Notes: generated from the sequence alone by a model not told the origin. A DNA stretch of 64,000 nucleotides from Desulfobacterales bacterium (GCA_963674755.2 CAXXVS010000002.1:224001-288000), one strand, 5' to 3'; numbered from the stretch's first letter, positions 9,621-20,526 are shown. Made by a program: numbers and translations.

Positions 9621-10319
9621 TCAAGCCTGGCTGTTGTGTTGCGCAGCAGATGCTGTAAAATAGGCCTCATAACGTTCGCGCAGCCGCCGCTCGTTAGAGG
9701 ATGGCAGCTCGGCGGAAGCGCAATAGGCGTCAATGAAAATATGCCTTGCCGGCGACAGGCAGCCGAGATCGGAATCATAGCGAAACAAATGGCGCAGGTT
9801 GCGGATGCGCAAATTTAGCGTAAGGGGGCCGCGCCGAAAACGCATATCCGCGATGTCGATCAGCCCGACTTGACTGCGGGGCGTCAGCACCACGTTGCCG
9901 AAGTGGATGGACCGGAAATAAATTCCGCTGTGATGCAGTCGTTGAAAAAATATCCCCAATTGGCTGGCCAGCTGCCGGTCGATGGCGTGATGTTCGCAGT
10001 GCTCACGTAGCGTTTGACCCTCAAGGGGGCTGTAATGGACAGCGGTCCGCTGCAGGGCGACGATTTTGAAGACCCCCTGGATTTCCACCGTCGGAATATC
10101 GGCGGTTTGAAGCCTGTGGGCATGACGCCGGAAGCGAATAGGGTAGGGAACCAGGCGTGCAGATGTCAGCAGCCGCTTGATACGAAATAATTTGAGAATG
10201 CTTTGGTCCCTGAGGCGCAGAACCTTGGGTGAAAGCTGGCCATCGACGTATTCACTCGACAAAATTTCAGCACCCTCAATGAGATCGTAGTACCGCGCCA
10301 GAGGAACCGACTGCATCAT
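9621..10319 (-). CDS. LPS-kinase-like protein
   Basis: PKVLRLRDQSILKLFR, FRSIHFGNVV, GLIDIAD; resembles the PA4998/Ttg8-type kinase of Pseudomonas waa clusters. Confidence 0.7.
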   Translation of the reverse strand: MMQSVPLARYYDLIEGAEILSSEYVDGQLSPKVLRLRDQSILKLFRIKRLLTSARLVPYPIRFRRHAHRLQTADIPTVEIQGVFKIVALQRTAVHYSPLEGQTLREHCEHHAIDRQLASQLGIFFQRLHHSGIYFRSIHFGNVVLTPRSQVGLIDIADMRFRRGPLTLNLRIRNLRHLFRYDSDLGCLSPARHIFIDAYCASAELPSSNERRLRERYEAYFTASAAQHNSQA

Positions 10320-10425
10320 GAATCCTTTATCGTTTGCGGTTTGCCCTCGTGTGACCGTGTGATTCATACTGCTTGGCACCGCTGTTCAAACATGAAAAGG
10401 CCGATGGGGGGTACAATTGTTGGCG

Positions 10426-11553
10426 ATGCCCAAACGCAATGTGTTGATTTTGAATCACAGCTATAAATCCCCCTTCAAAGAGCTGGATGTCCAGTACGCA
10501 AAGCTGTTTCATCCAGACCGTTTTAGGGTGACGATGGCCTATCTCACCGGCGGCGCAGACTCGGAGGAGGTCGTCTTCTCTTCCCCGTATGATACCATAT
10601 TTCTGAATTTAAGAAAAAAGGATATTCGCCGGTTTAAGGTGCGCGCCATTCGTAAGGTGCGGGCGTTGTGCGAAGAACGCAACATTACGGTCAGCATCTG
10701 TCATCGTTACAAACCGACCTATATAATGGCCTGGGTCGCGCGCTCGTGCCGGATTCCCTATCTCATTTCCGTGATGCACGATTTCCGTACCTTGAATCGA
10801 CTGTCCCACAAATTATTTGTCTATTGGCGTTTACGGCATCAATTCGTGTTTGCCGGTGTTTCGGATGCGGTGCGCGATGATATTTATCGAGATGGATGGG
10901 GATTGCGGCGGGATCAGGTTATTACCCTGCCGAATTCAATTGATTTGCCGGAGACAGAAGCCCGGCAGCTCGATCGCGAGACAGCGCGTCGCCAACTCAA
11001 CCTTCCCGAGGATGCGTTCGTCCTGGGCACCGTGGGACGTCTGCATCCTGCAAAAGACCATCTGACCCTGATAAATGCAATGGCACTGGCAGCCTGCGAC
11101 CGCCCGGATATTCGTCTTGTCATCATCGGCAATGGTCCTCTGGAAGAATCGTTGCAAGAGGAAATTCAACGCCATCGCCTCGACAACCACATCAAGCTGA
11201 CGGGTTTCATACCGGAGGCATCACGCCTGATGCGCGCCTTCGATGTCTATGTATCCTCTTCAGGCAAGGAGCCTTTTGGCATGGTGCTTCTGGAGGCAAT
11301 GGCAGCCGGCCTTCCCATTATCGCGACAGCTGTGGATGGCGTGCCTCAAGTGATGGGCGATTGCGGTTGTTTGGTCCCCGCCGGTGACGCACAAACGCTG
11401 GCTGAAGCCATTACGGCGTATTCTAAAAAGCCCTCCTCCGAATTGTTCGATTTAGGTAGGGTGAGCCGGCAAAGATTGCAGGATAATTATACAACAGAAC
11501 ATTTTCGCGACACTTTCTGGGAATTGTTTTCGGCCAGAGGCCTGTTGCCATGA
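10426..11553 (+). CDS. GT4 glycosyltransferase
   Basis: GTVGRLHPAKD, EPFGMVLLEAMAAGLP (EX7E). Confidence 0.9.
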   Translation: MPKRNVLILNHSYKSPFKELDVQYAKLFHPDRFRVTMAYLTGGADSEEVVFSSPYDTIFLNLRKKDIRRFKVRAIRKVRALCEERNITVSICHRYKPTYIMAWVARSCRIPYLISVMHDFRTLNRLSHKLFVYWRLRHQFVFAGVSDAVRDDIYRDGWGLRRDQVITLPNSIDLPETEARQLDRETARRQLNLPEDAFVLGTVGRLHPAKDHLTLINAMALAACDRPDIRLVIIGNGPLEESLQEEIQRHRLDNHIKLTGFIPEASRLMRAFDVYVSSSGKEPFGMVLLEAMAAGLPIIATAVDGVPQVMGDCGCLVPAGDAQTLAEAITAYSKKPSSELFDLGRVSRQRLQDNYTTEHFRDTFWELFSARGLLP

Positions 11554-11660
11554 AAAGCCTGGGACGATGTGTTGAGGGGCCGCTATGTTTGTGGTAAGGG
11601 CAACATACTTGGGACATTAGCCCCGATAAGGCGTTATCCACAAAACAAGGATGGAAAGGA

Positions 11661-12203
11661 ATGGACTATTCTCTAAAAGCGTATTTCCATGCCGAGATTA
11701 ATGGCCTCGAAAAGACGTTTTCATGGATACGCGTGCTTCGCAAGGCCTTTCGGGGGCGCCATGACAATTATCTCTTCTGGTGGCGCATTGCTTCCCGTCT
11801 CCATGGCTCTAAAATCCGGTTGGTCAAATCCATCGGTAAATCCATCAATCGGCGCATAACCCGTAGACACGGGATCGATATTATGATGGGGGCAAAAATA
11901 GCGCCGGGTCTCAACCTCGGCCATATGTTGGGTGTCTGCATTACCAGCGGCCTCGTTGCCGGCAAAAACCTGAATGTGAGACAAAACGTGCAGATCGGAG
12001 CGCTTCGTAAGGGGGAGTGCAAGATCAGTATTGGCGACAATGTTTTTGTCGGCACCAATTCCTGCATTCTCGGAACCGGCTTGCACATTGGCGACAATGT
12101 GGTCATCGGTGCAATGAGTTTTGTCAGTCAAAGTATTCCCGACAATGCAACCTTCATTACGGAAAAGGTAAGCCGCATCCTGGTCAGGGAGGAGGGGCCC
12201 TGA
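11661..12203 (+). CDS. Hexapeptide-repeat acetyltransferase (CysE/WcaB-like)
   Basis: IDI..GAKIAPGL.LGH, IGDNVFVG, IGDNVVIGAMSFV repeats. Confidence 0.8.
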   Translation: MDYSLKAYFHAEINGLEKTFSWIRVLRKAFRGRHDNYLFWWRIASRLHGSKIRLVKSIGKSINRRITRRHGIDIMMGAKIAPGLNLGHMLGVCITSGLVAGKNLNVRQNVQIGALRKGECKISIGDNVFVGTNSCILGTGLHIGDNVVIGAMSFVSQSIPDNATFITEKVSRILVREEGP

Positions 12204-12258
12204 TCACACGCACGCCCGGAAAGGGCCGGCGTCTGACAACCGTCCAGCGTTCAGAGAT

Positions 12259-13164
12259 ATGTCCTTAAACACGCTAAAATCCATTATCATGGTGATGCCC
12301 TATTTCGGTCAATGGCCTGAATGGATAGATCTTTTCATGATCTCGTGCCGCTGGAATGCCACGGTCAACTGGCTGTTCATAACGGATTGCGGTACCCCGG
12401 CCTGCGCGCCGGACAACGTCGAGTTCATTCAGATGTCCTATGCTGACTACCGCCAGTTCATCTCCGAGCGTCTGGGCATCCGCTTCCCCGACACATCCCC
12501 CTATAAACTCTGCGATTACAAGCCGACCTACGGTTATCTCCATGAGGATTTGGTCAGGGGATACGACTTCTTCGGGTTCGGTGACATTGACGTGATCTAC
12601 GGCAATATCCGTCATTTTTACACACCCGAAGTCCTTCGCCACAATGTCATCTCAACCCATGACAACCGTCTTTCGGGGCATTTTTGCCTGCTCCGCAACA
12701 ACGAGCGCATGCGGCAAGCCTTCCGTCGTGTTGAAAACTGGCGTATGTACATGGAGACTCCGGAGCACAGAGGATTCGACGAACACAAGTTCCGGCGGAT
12801 TGTACTGCGCCACAACAAACATCCGCGTTTCATGCGCAAAATCAGCGGTTGGCTGGATCCCTATCAACGCGGGACCTATTTTAGAGAACAATACAGCACT
12901 ATTCTGTCGCCGGTGCCATGGCACAACGGTTCACTGGACCATCCCCAGGAATGGCGATGGCGAAGAGGTCGGCTTACCAATACACGGGATGGGGAGCGCG
13001 AGTTTCTCTACCTCCATTTCATGAATTGGAAATCTTCACGCTACCTGTATAAATATCGCGGGGAGGCCGCTGCCTGGGAAGACCATGACGGGGTAGTCCC
13101 TTTCACCGTGACGCCTGATCTCGAAGGGTGGTGGATAACGCGCCGCGGCTTCCACCTGCTATGA
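12259..13164 (+). CDS. DUF6625-like putative glycosyltransferase
   Basis: PYFGQWPEW, YKLCDYKPTYG, GFGDIDVIYG (DxD). Confidence 0.65.
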   Translation: MSLNTLKSIIMVMPYFGQWPEWIDLFMISCRWNATVNWLFITDCGTPACAPDNVEFIQMSYADYRQFISERLGIRFPDTSPYKLCDYKPTYGYLHEDLVRGYDFFGFGDIDVIYGNIRHFYTPEVLRHNVISTHDNRLSGHFCLLRNNERMRQAFRRVENWRMYMETPEHRGFDEHKFRRIVLRHNKHPRFMRKISGWLDPYQRGTYFREQYSTILSPVPWHNGSLDHPQEWRWRRGRLTNTRDGEREFLYLHFMNWKSSRYLYKYRGEAAAWEDHDGVVPFTVTPDLEGWWITRRGFHLL

Positions 13165-13229
13165 AGAATGCGGCCGGTTCCCGGATCCGCTTGGAGCCCG
13201 TCCGGTTAATTTGAAAAACAAGGAAATTC

Positions 13230-13919
13230 ATGATGTCTTTCTTCAAGAAATTTCGCGCTACCGCGCCCAACGACATTCGCGCCGAACGTTTTATCCAAAG
13301 CCTTTATTCTGAAACACATGTCGATTATCCCAGCGTCAAACATAGTCTCGACTGGTCGACCAAGAGAAGGCATCTCGACTTTCTCCATAATTTTGTTAAC
13401 GCTTTAAAACCCAAGGTCATTATTGAGACAGGCACCTTTGAAGGCCACGGAACCTATGCAATGGCGGCTGCGGCCCATGCGAACGACAATCACGCGCGAA
13501 TATTTACCATCGACTACGATGGCGATCCTATTCAAGATGCAAAAGGCTCGGTAAGCCAGGAGCAATGGTTGGCGCTTAAGCATATTCGTCAAAGCCACTT
13601 GGAAACCATAAAGAAAAAATTCCCGAATTGCATGGTGACCTTCGTGGAAGGTGATTCTCGCGAAGTGCTGCCGGTGCTGTTGGATACGATTGATCAATGG
13701 GATTTTTGGTATCAGGACTCCATGCATTTTGCCGAGGGCATACAGCAGGAATGGGAAATTATGGAGGCGAAAGCCGCCGTGAATGCCACCATTATATTTG
13801 ACGATATCAGTAAGAAAAATCGATTCAGTCGCTGGTTTAAGGCCAACTATAAACGCTCGTGGCGTTATGCACCACGTCGGGATTTTGGCCACAAACAGTG
13901 TTTGGCGCAAAAAAAATAG
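13230..13919 (+). CDS. Class I SAM-dependent methyltransferase
   Basis: IIETGTFEGHG, TID, EGDS, QDSMH, IFDD (Methyltransf_24-like). Confidence 0.75.
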   Translation: MMSFFKKFRATAPNDIRAERFIQSLYSETHVDYPSVKHSLDWSTKRRHLDFLHNFVNALKPKVIIETGTFEGHGTYAMAAAAHANDNHARIFTIDYDGDPIQDAKGSVSQEQWLALKHIRQSHLETIKKKFPNCMVTFVEGDSREVLPVLLDTIDQWDFWYQDSMHFAEGIQQEWEIMEAKAAVNATIIFDDISKKNRFSRWFKANYKRSWRYAPRRDFGHKQCLAQKK

Positions 13920-13970
13920 AAATATTGTATAGCGATTGGCCTCAATTCCGCGGCCTTACCCTGCCAAGTG

Positions 13971-15461
13971 CTAAGGATAGCGTTGGCGGCCTTGCGGTGC
14001 CGTATCGAGCGCATCCGTCAGCCGCTCCGCCATTCCGGTTATTTGGTGGTTAACCTCACGCAAACCTCTCCAGTTGAGTTGCAGGCGTCTTAGATCTTTA
14101 CGGAAAGCCCGTTTGAATTTGGCTGGATTGCGATGAGCTTGCATTCCGTCCAGGTCCACCAAATAGAGTTGGTTTGAGGATATAAGGAAATTGGTCGCTT
14201 TGAAATCACCATGGCTGATTCGTGCTCCGGCTAACTGCATAAGAAGCGTCTCCAGTTGACCGAACCAATGGGCAATGGCTAGGGGCTGGTCGATTCTGGC
14301 GCGAATGATCCGATCAATCGTTTCTCCCGGCAGATAGGCCATTATGAAATAGGCTCGTCTCCGAATCCACCCCCATCTTTCTTCAATCACGGCCAGCGGC
14401 CGCGGTGTGGCAATCCCTATAAAACGAAGTCGCTGTGCGTTCTGCCAGGAGATCATGGCCCGGCTGGGACGCAGGCTGCGGCTGAGGGCATGGACCCTGT
14501 TTTTGATGTTGTAGCGCTTGACCACAACATCCTGACCATCGACGGAACATCTTGCAACCGTGGCACTGTTGCCGGCTTTGAGAATGGTGCCGGTCTCGAT
14601 GAAGGCATCCGGATCGTTCAACAGGGGCTGGAAGACGGGGGTATACCATTCGCGGTCACATGCTATGAATCGGCGCCATTGCTTGCGGACGACAAAGGCT
14701 GTGCATGACCGCCGCGTTTTGGGGAGAAAGCGTTTTAAGCGCCACGCTCGCCAGCGCTGGATAGCCGCGTTGATGTCGTGGTAGACGAGGGATTGGGGCG
14801 GCCAATTGCGGCAGGTGCGATAGACTTCCAGCAAGGGGGGCACCAGGGCGTCAAAGCTTGGCTGAAACTGGGCGAAAAACAGGGCCAGATTGGAAAGGCT
14901 GTGCCGCTGGGAAAGCGGTACAGGGCCGGGCTTTTCGATATCATCGCCATCGATGACCATCACCTGGTTGCCCGCTATCAGAAAATTGCCGGGATGGATA
15001 TCCCGCTGTCTGAGGCCGGCCGCATGCAGCCCGGCGATGGATGCCACCACGGGCCGTAGCGTCTCGAACCGTCCCTTGGCGCTGCACCGTCTCAGGCGTT
15101 CGCTTAGGTCCGCAAAACCGCACATTTCACGGACCAGGAGCACGGGGGCCTGACCATCCGCCAGTCGCCCCTGGAAAAGAATGTCGGGCGTAGGGATCCC
15201 GGCCGCCCTCAGGGCTTCGATTCCCTGCCGCTCCCGTCGGTAGTGTCGTTCGGCGCCTGACGGGTCAAGGAAGAGTTTGGCGACGACCGGCACGCCGTCG
15301 GCTCGCGTGCCGGAACAGACCAGACGTTTGCCGGGCAGATGTCGCAGCACAGCGGTGCATGTCAGGCGGGAAGGGCCTTCATCCGTGCACAGAACCAATT
15401 GAAACGGAGTCGGCATCCCCCGTTTCGCATCGCGCAGCGTGCGGGTTTCAAAGCGGCGCAT
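13971..15461 (-). CDS. LPS kinase with two tandem kinase-like domains
   Basis: AKLF...RDIHPGNFL...IDGD, then VKRYN...HGDFKATNFL...VDLD. Confidence 0.8.
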   Translation of the reverse strand: MRRFETRTLRDAKRGMPTPFQLVLCTDEGPSRLTCTAVLRHLPGKRLVCSGTRADGVPVVAKLFLDPSGAERHYRRERQGIEALRAAGIPTPDILFQGRLADGQAPVLLVREMCGFADLSERLRRCSAKGRFETLRPVVASIAGLHAAGLRQRDIHPGNFLIAGNQVMVIDGDDIEKPGPVPLSQRHSLSNLALFFAQFQPSFDALVPPLLEVYRTCRNWPPQSLVYHDINAAIQRWRAWRLKRFLPKTRRSCTAFVVRKQWRRFIACDREWYTPVFQPLLNDPDAFIETGTILKAGNSATVARCSVDGQDVVVKRYNIKNRVHALSRSLRPSRAMISWQNAQRLRFIGIATPRPLAVIEERWGWIRRRAYFIMAYLPGETIDRIIRARIDQPLAIAHWFGQLETLLMQLAGARISHGDFKATNFLISSNQLYLVDLDGMQAHRNPAKFKRAFRKDLRRLQLNWRGLREVNHQITGMAERLTDALDTAPQGRQRYP

Positions 15462-15643
15462 GCGTCGCTCCCCCCAGCGTCGGCTGATCCGCCGCTGGAC
15501 GCTTCGAATTGTTCCGGGGACACTCTGACTGTAAGGTGAATTTTATCATTATCATTGGCCTGAGCCGTTGGGTTGACGACGGGTGTTCCCGGCGGCTTAG
15601 ATTCGGAATTCCCGGAATTTTGGAGATCGGTCTTTGGTTCCCG

Positions 15644-16477
15644 TCAGGAAGCACGGGGTTTACCGATGCACAAGGGCGCTTTGCGTTGGTATTCGCGATA
15701 CCCGGCCTGGGCCCTACGGGCCACCTTTTTCCAGAACCGTCCCTCCTCGCGGAGCACCGTCCGCCAGGGGCGCTGGTGATATTCTTGGATGAATCGCAGA
15801 AGATCCCGCCGGGTCAGACCGATATCCATGCTCGAAAAATAAAGGCCGGCCACATCTTTGATATGCCAGCGTCGTTTCATCCGGCGGTGCTGCTCCGCCC
15901 GATGGAGATCGATCAGGTACAAGCGGGGCAGAGGGCTTGCGGGGGCCTGGAGATCTGCCGTGGTATCCAGCAGGAAGTGGCAGAGGTATAGATCGCGGTG
16001 TACCATGCCGTTGGTATGCAGGGTTCGGGCGATTTGGGCGACCCGTTCGATCAGGGCCCGCTTCAATCGGGGAGACGGGGGCTGCGTTTTCCAGTTCAGG
16101 CAGAAATCTTCCAGGCTGATGGTGGGCCGCAATTCTTCCGTGATGATGAAGGAGCGTCGATGCACGGGATGACGCCCCTGTTTCCCATAACCCGCCAGCT
16201 GCATGGTTTCAATGCCGATGCGCGGGAGGATCTCGATGGCCTGCCATTCATTTTCGGCGCCGATGAAGGGTTTACGAAATTTCAGCAGGCAGGCCAACAA
16301 GGCCTTCCAGCCGATGCCCATGTAGACTTTGGCAAAATAGCTTTGCCCGTCCAGTTCGAAACGGAAAGTGCGGCGCCCCTCCTTTTCGCGGTAGACTTGG
16401 CCTTCCAGGTGCGCAAGGATGGTGTAGATATCCTGGCCGGCCCAGACCTTTTGCAGGGGTTCAACGAGTTTCAGCAT
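15644..16477 (-). CDS. waaP: LPS core heptose kinase
   Basis: YREKEGRRT, GIGW, GAENEW, SFIITEEL, HRDLYLCHFL, LYLIDLHRA, KDVAGLYFS. Confidence 0.9.
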   Translation of the reverse strand: MLKLVEPLQKVWAGQDIYTILAHLEGQVYREKEGRRTFRFELDGQSYFAKVYMGIGWKALLACLLKFRKPFIGAENEWQAIEILPRIGIETMQLAGYGKQGRHPVHRRSFIITEELRPTISLEDFCLNWKTQPPSPRLKRALIERVAQIARTLHTNGMVHRDLYLCHFLLDTTADLQAPASPLPRLYLIDLHRAEQHRRMKRRWHIKDVAGLYFSSMDIGLTRRDLLRFIQEYHQRPWRTVLREEGRFWKKVARRAQAGYREYQRKAPLCIGKPRAS

Positions 16478-17589
16478 GGGGGGCGCCCTTCGATGATGTC
16501 GGCGGCTTTTTCCGGCATGCTGAAGACGTCGTGGCGGGTGACATAGCGCCAGCCGTTTTCCCCCCATGCCGCGCGATGATCGCATGTGAGCATTTCCGTC
16601 AGAAGGCGATCCAATTCGGGCTGCTGAAAGGGTGAGGGCAGCAGCCGTCCGGCGCCGGCCCGCTCGACATGATAGCCGTACCCGCACACATCGGTGGCCA
16701 GCACCGGCAGACGGGCCGCCATGGCCTCGATGAGGACGGTGCCGGTGTTCTCCCGGTAGGCGGGGTGCAGGAGGAGATCGGCGCTGAAGAGAAAGCGGGG
16801 GATGTCGTCACGTCCGTGGAAGAAAAGGATGTGTCTGGCAATGCCCAGACGGCGGGCCAACGCCTGAAAAGGCCGAAAATTATCCCGGCCGATAATGACC
16901 AGCACGGCCTTGCGGCGCAGACCTTCCGGCAGGGCTGCAAAAGCCTTCATGGCGCGGTCGGTGCCCTTGGTCCGAAACCCCGAACCGACCATGAGAATCA
17001 TATGGCTGTCCGCCGCAATCTTGAGTTCGGCGCGCAGCTGGCGGCGTATATCAGCGCCATCGGCCGGGAAAAGGCGGTCCCGCGCGATACCGGGCGGCAG
17101 GACATGAAATCGGTCTCCCGGCGTACCATAGTAATGCTGATAGACCGTGCGATCCTTCTCCGTCAGCAGCAGGATGCGGGTGGCGGCCGTCGGCGCGAAC
17201 ACCGCTCGCTCGAGGGCCAGATAGGACCGGCCGCGTCCGGTGTAAGGATACCAGAAAGGTTTGGCTTCCACCCGTTCGGCAAAACAGCTGTCGGCGGCAT
17301 AGTAGAAATCGAGCCCGGGCATCTTGCTGAACCCCACGACGGCATCATACCCGTTAGAGCGGGTCCGGCGCCGAACCTCCCGGGACAGGGCCAGCCGCCG
17401 CTGGTGGTTGCTGAAGGCCCGCAGCCCAAGAACGGTGACGTTCAATCCTGCGGGCACCTCGCCCTGCCAATAGGGGGTGAATACATCCACATGGTGCCCG
17501 CGGGCCATGCAGGTCCGGGCGATTTGCAAAAAGTCCCGCTGCAGGCCGCCAAAAGGAAAATATTTTATCAAGGTGAAGGCGAACTTCAT
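16471..17589 (-). CDS. waaG: LPS core glucosyltransferase
   Basis: KYFPFGGLQRDF, KMPGLD, LPPGI, GSGFRTKG, HPAYRENTG, VCGY. Confidence 0.9.
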   Translation of the reverse strand: MKFAFTLIKYFPFGGLQRDFLQIARTCMARGHHVDVFTPYWQGEVPAGLNVTVLGLRAFSNHQRRLALSREVRRRTRSNGYDAVVGFSKMPGLDFYYAADSCFAERVEAKPFWYPYTGRGRSYLALERAVFAPTAATRILLLTEKDRTVYQHYYGTPGDRFHVLPPGIARDRLFPADGADIRRQLRAELKIAADSHMILMVGSGFRTKGTDRAMKAFAALPEGLRRKAVLVIIGRDNFRPFQALARRLGIARHILFFHGRDDIPRFLFSADLLLHPAYRENTGTVLIEAMAARLPVLATDVCGYGYHVERAGAGRLLPSPFQQPELDRLLTEMLTCDHRAAWGENGWRYVTRHDVFSMPEKAADIIEGRPPC

Positions 17590-17899
17590 GCCCTGGCTCG
17601 TCAATTTGGGTGGCGTCCTAAATCGGGCCTTGTATTAGACCATGCCCTGCCGGATTGCAAGGGGCGGCCTTGGGCGACCGGCACGGAACACGGGGTTACA
17701 TCTTGCCAAAGCAGGGTAACCCTGATAACCATGGTGCGCATTCCGGCTGCGGCCGCGGGCGCTTCGGCGACCTGTTGGGCAGGCACCGCAGAGGGATGGG
17801 ATACCATCAGACTGGGGGCCGATGCGCCTGCAAACAGACGGCAGCTTCGCGCGGATGCCCGGGAAACGATGTGACCGATTTGAAACGGGAGGTTGTGAT

Positions 17900-18073
17900 A
17901 TGAGTCTGAACAAGGCCCTTTTGGACATTCTGGTTTGTCCGCAGTGCAAGGGAGAATTGCAGCTGGAGGCGGATGAGAGCGGTTTGCGTTGCGAGGCCTG
18001 CCGCCTGCGCTACGCCATCCGTGACGATATCCCCATCATGCTGGTGGACGAAGCCCAGCCTTTGGATGCATGA
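17900..18073 (+). CDS. Trm112/YcaR family protein
   Basis: LLDILVCPQCKGEL...C..C...YAIRDDIPIML. Confidence 0.9.
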   Translation: MSLNKALLDILVCPQCKGELQLEADESGLRCEACRLRYAIRDDIPIMLVDEAQPLDA

Positions 18074-18612
18074 GTGTCCCGGCGCCACCACGTCCGGCCA
18101 AACTGATCGTCGGTTTTTTCCTGGCACGCCAAACCCTGGCCGAAAGCGTTGGCGGTCGGCTGGAAGACCTCTTCGGCCCGGTGGATCTTGTCAGTGAATG
18201 GCTGCCCTTTGATTTTACGGACTATTACGCCAGGGAAATGGGGGGGCCGCTCTACCGGCAACTTTTGGCCTTTAAAAACCTGATCGATCAGGAACAGCTG
18301 CCGGATATCAAGCACCAAACCAACGCCATCGAATCCGCCTTTACCCGCGAGGGGCGCCGGGAAGTCAATATCGATCCGGGCTATCTCCTGCTGGAGCGGC
18401 TGGTTCTGGCCACCGGTAAAAATTTTTCCCATCGGATCTATCTCCGGCGGGGCATTTATGCCGACCTGACGCTTGTCTATCGCAAGGAGCGTTTCGCATC
18501 CCTGCCATGGACTTACCCGGATTATGCCGATGCACGACTGCAGGCCTTCCTCCTTGAGGTGCGGGAAAAGTACGCCTTGGACCTGAAACAGCAACCGTCC
18601 GGTCAACACTAG
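18070..18612 (+). CDS. DUF4416 family protein
   Basis: TDYYAREMG, NIDPGY, LATGKNFSHRIYL, WTYPDY. Confidence 0.85.
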   Translation: MSVPAPPRPAKLIVGFFLARQTLAESVGGRLEDLFGPVDLVSEWLPFDFTDYYAREMGGPLYRQLLAFKNLIDQEQLPDIKHQTNAIESAFTREGRREVNIDPGYLLLERLVLATGKNFSHRIYLRRGIYADLTLVYRKERFASLPWTYPDYADARLQAFLLEVREKYALDLKQQPSGQH

Positions 18613-18677
18613 GCGCGTTTGCGGAGTACCAGCCGGTCGACATGGAATTCATTCCGAAGGACAGACGATAGGGGATT

Positions 18678-19559
18678 ATGTTGAAAAGTATGACGGGCTA
18701 TGCCCGGGCGGAATGCCATACCGCCCAGTATGAAGGCGTGGTGGAGATTCGCTGCTATAACAGCAAGAACCTGGATATGGCGCTGCATATCGCCCGTGCC
18801 TATCTCCCGCTGGAAGAGCGTATCAAGACCATTGTGACGGGGCGCATCCATCGAGGGCGCGTCGAAATGCGGATCGACATCAAGGTGCTGCAGGATGAAC
18901 AGCAGACCTTTGACATCGACGGGGTCCGCGCCCGGGCCTACCGGGATGCCCTCCAGCAGTTGCAGCGTGAGCTGAACATCCCGGGCGAGATCTCGCTGGA
19001 CATGCTGATCGGGGCCGGTGGCATCATCAAACCGGCGGAAAGCGAGCGGGACATGGATCCGATCTGGCCGGTGGTGCAGGAAAGCCTGGAAGACGCCCTG
19101 GCATCCCTGGACCGCATGCGGCAAAGAGAGGGACAAGCGCTGGCCGCGGATTTGGAGCAGCGGCTGGCGACCATCGAAGACCACCTGAAGCAGATCGAAC
19201 AGGCCAGTGAGGGCCTGTTGGATATTTACCGGACAAAACTGCTCGACCGCATTCAGGCGCTTACCCAGGGCCAGATTGAGATCGATCCTGGCCGTATTGC
19301 CCAGGAGGCGGCTTTTCTGGCGGACCGCAGCGACATTTCCGAGGAGCTCGTGCGGGCGGCCAGCCATCTGGAACAATTTCGCCGTATTCTGGCCGGCGAG
19401 GCCCCGGCCGGCCGCAAACTCAATTTCCTGCTGCAGGAATTCAACCGCGAATTCAACACCATGGGTGCCAAAACTTCCCAGAGCGCGATCGCCCACCGGG
19501 TGGTGGAGCTCAAGTGCGAACTGGAAAAGATTCGGGAGCAGATTCAGAATATCGAATAG
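18678..19559 (+). CDS. yicC: YicC/YloC family endoribonuclease
   Basis: [43 protein letters not shown]. Confidence 0.93.
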   Translation: MLKSMTGYARAECHTAQYEGVVEIRCYNSKNLDMALHIARAYLPLEERIKTIVTGRIHRGRVEMRIDIKVLQDEQQTFDIDGVRARAYRDALQQLQRELNIPGEISLDMLIGAGGIIKPAESERDMDPIWPVVQESLEDALASLDRMRQREGQALAADLEQRLATIEDHLKQIEQASEGLLDIYRTKLLDRIQALTQGQIEIDPGRIAQEAAFLADRSDISEELVRAASHLEQFRRILAGEAPAGRKLNFLLQEFNREFNTMGAKTSQSAIAHRVVELKCELEKIREQIQNIE

Positions 19560-19612
19560 GCGATGCCGGCATGGCCGTTCGAGGGACCTCCAAAGGGATT
19601 AATTATCTGGTT

Positions 19613-19867
19613 ATGGAACCGAATTTATTAAATATCGGGTTTGGAAGCACCGTGGTTGCGGATCGCGTGGTGGCGATCGTGGCACCCAATTCGGCACCGA
19701 TGAAACGTCTCAAGGACGAGGCCAAGAAGGATCAGCGGCTGATCGATGCCACCCATGGCCGCCGTACGCGCTCGATCATCGTCATGGACAGCAATCATGT
19801 TGTCCTCTCGGCCATCCAGGCCGAGACGGTATCCCAGCGTTTCGCCATGTTGAAAGAGGGCTCGTGA
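19613..19867 (+). CDS. remA: RemA/DUF370 family protein
   Basis: [30 protein letters not shown]; yicC-remA-gmk synteny. Confidence 0.9.
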   Translation: MEPNLLNIGFGSTVVADRVVAIVAPNSAPMKRLKDEAKKDQRLIDATHGRRTRSIIVMDSNHVVLSAIQAETVSQRFAMLKEGS

Positions 19868-19883
19868 CGAGAGCGGCCTGCCA

Positions 19884-20504
19884 ATGACCACCGCGAATCG
19901 CCGTTTGTCCCCCGAGTTAGGGCGGTTGTTCATCGTATCGGCCCCATCGGGCGCCGGCAAATCCACTCTTTGCGGTCTTCTATTGGCGCGTATGCCGAAC
20001 CTGCGCTATTCGGTTTCCACCACGACCCGGTCGCCGCGCAAAGGCGAGGTTGAGGGCCGCGACTATTTTTTCACCGATGTGGAGCGCTTCAAAGCCGGTA
20101 TCGCCGCCCATCAGTGGGCCGAATGGGCGGAAGTGCACGGCCACTACTACGGCACCTCGGCGGCCTTTATCGATGCCCAGCGGGCGGCCGGCCATGACCT
20201 GCTGCTGGATATCGATGTCCAGGGCGCGGCCCAACTGCGTGCCATGTACCCGGAAGCCGTCTCCATTTTTATCATGCCGCCCTCCATGGCGGTTTTGCGG
20301 CAGCGCTTGGAACAACGCGGTGCGGATGCCCCTGAGGTCATCGAGCAGCGCCTCGCCAACGCCCGCCGGGAAATGGACCAGCGTGACGCCTACCAGTTCA
20401 CCATCGTCAACGATCGCCTTGAAGAAGCCCTTGGGGATCTTCTTCGAATCGTAAGTCGTCCGGCAGCGGGCGACGACAGGGTAGGGCCGCACCCGAGCCG
20501 CTGA
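19884..20504 (+). CDS. gmk: Guanylate kinase
   Basis: SAPSGAGKST, SVSTTTRSPRKGE, HYYGT, DIDVQGA. Confidence 0.95.
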   Translation: MTTANRRLSPELGRLFIVSAPSGAGKSTLCGLLLARMPNLRYSVSTTTRSPRKGEVEGRDYFFTDVERFKAGIAAHQWAEWAEVHGHYYGTSAAFIDAQRAAGHDLLLDIDVQGAAQLRAMYPEAVSIFIMPPSMAVLRQRLEQRGADAPEVIEQRLANARREMDQRDAYQFTIVNDRLEEALGDLLRIVSRPAAGDDRVGPHPSR

Positions 20505-20526
20505 AAGCGGCCGGAGGACGCGCACC

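Noticed and set aside
11634..11642. Perfect DnaA box TTATCCACA
   Set aside because: A single isolated 9-mer with no cluster or unwinding element; plausible by chance in 64 kb.
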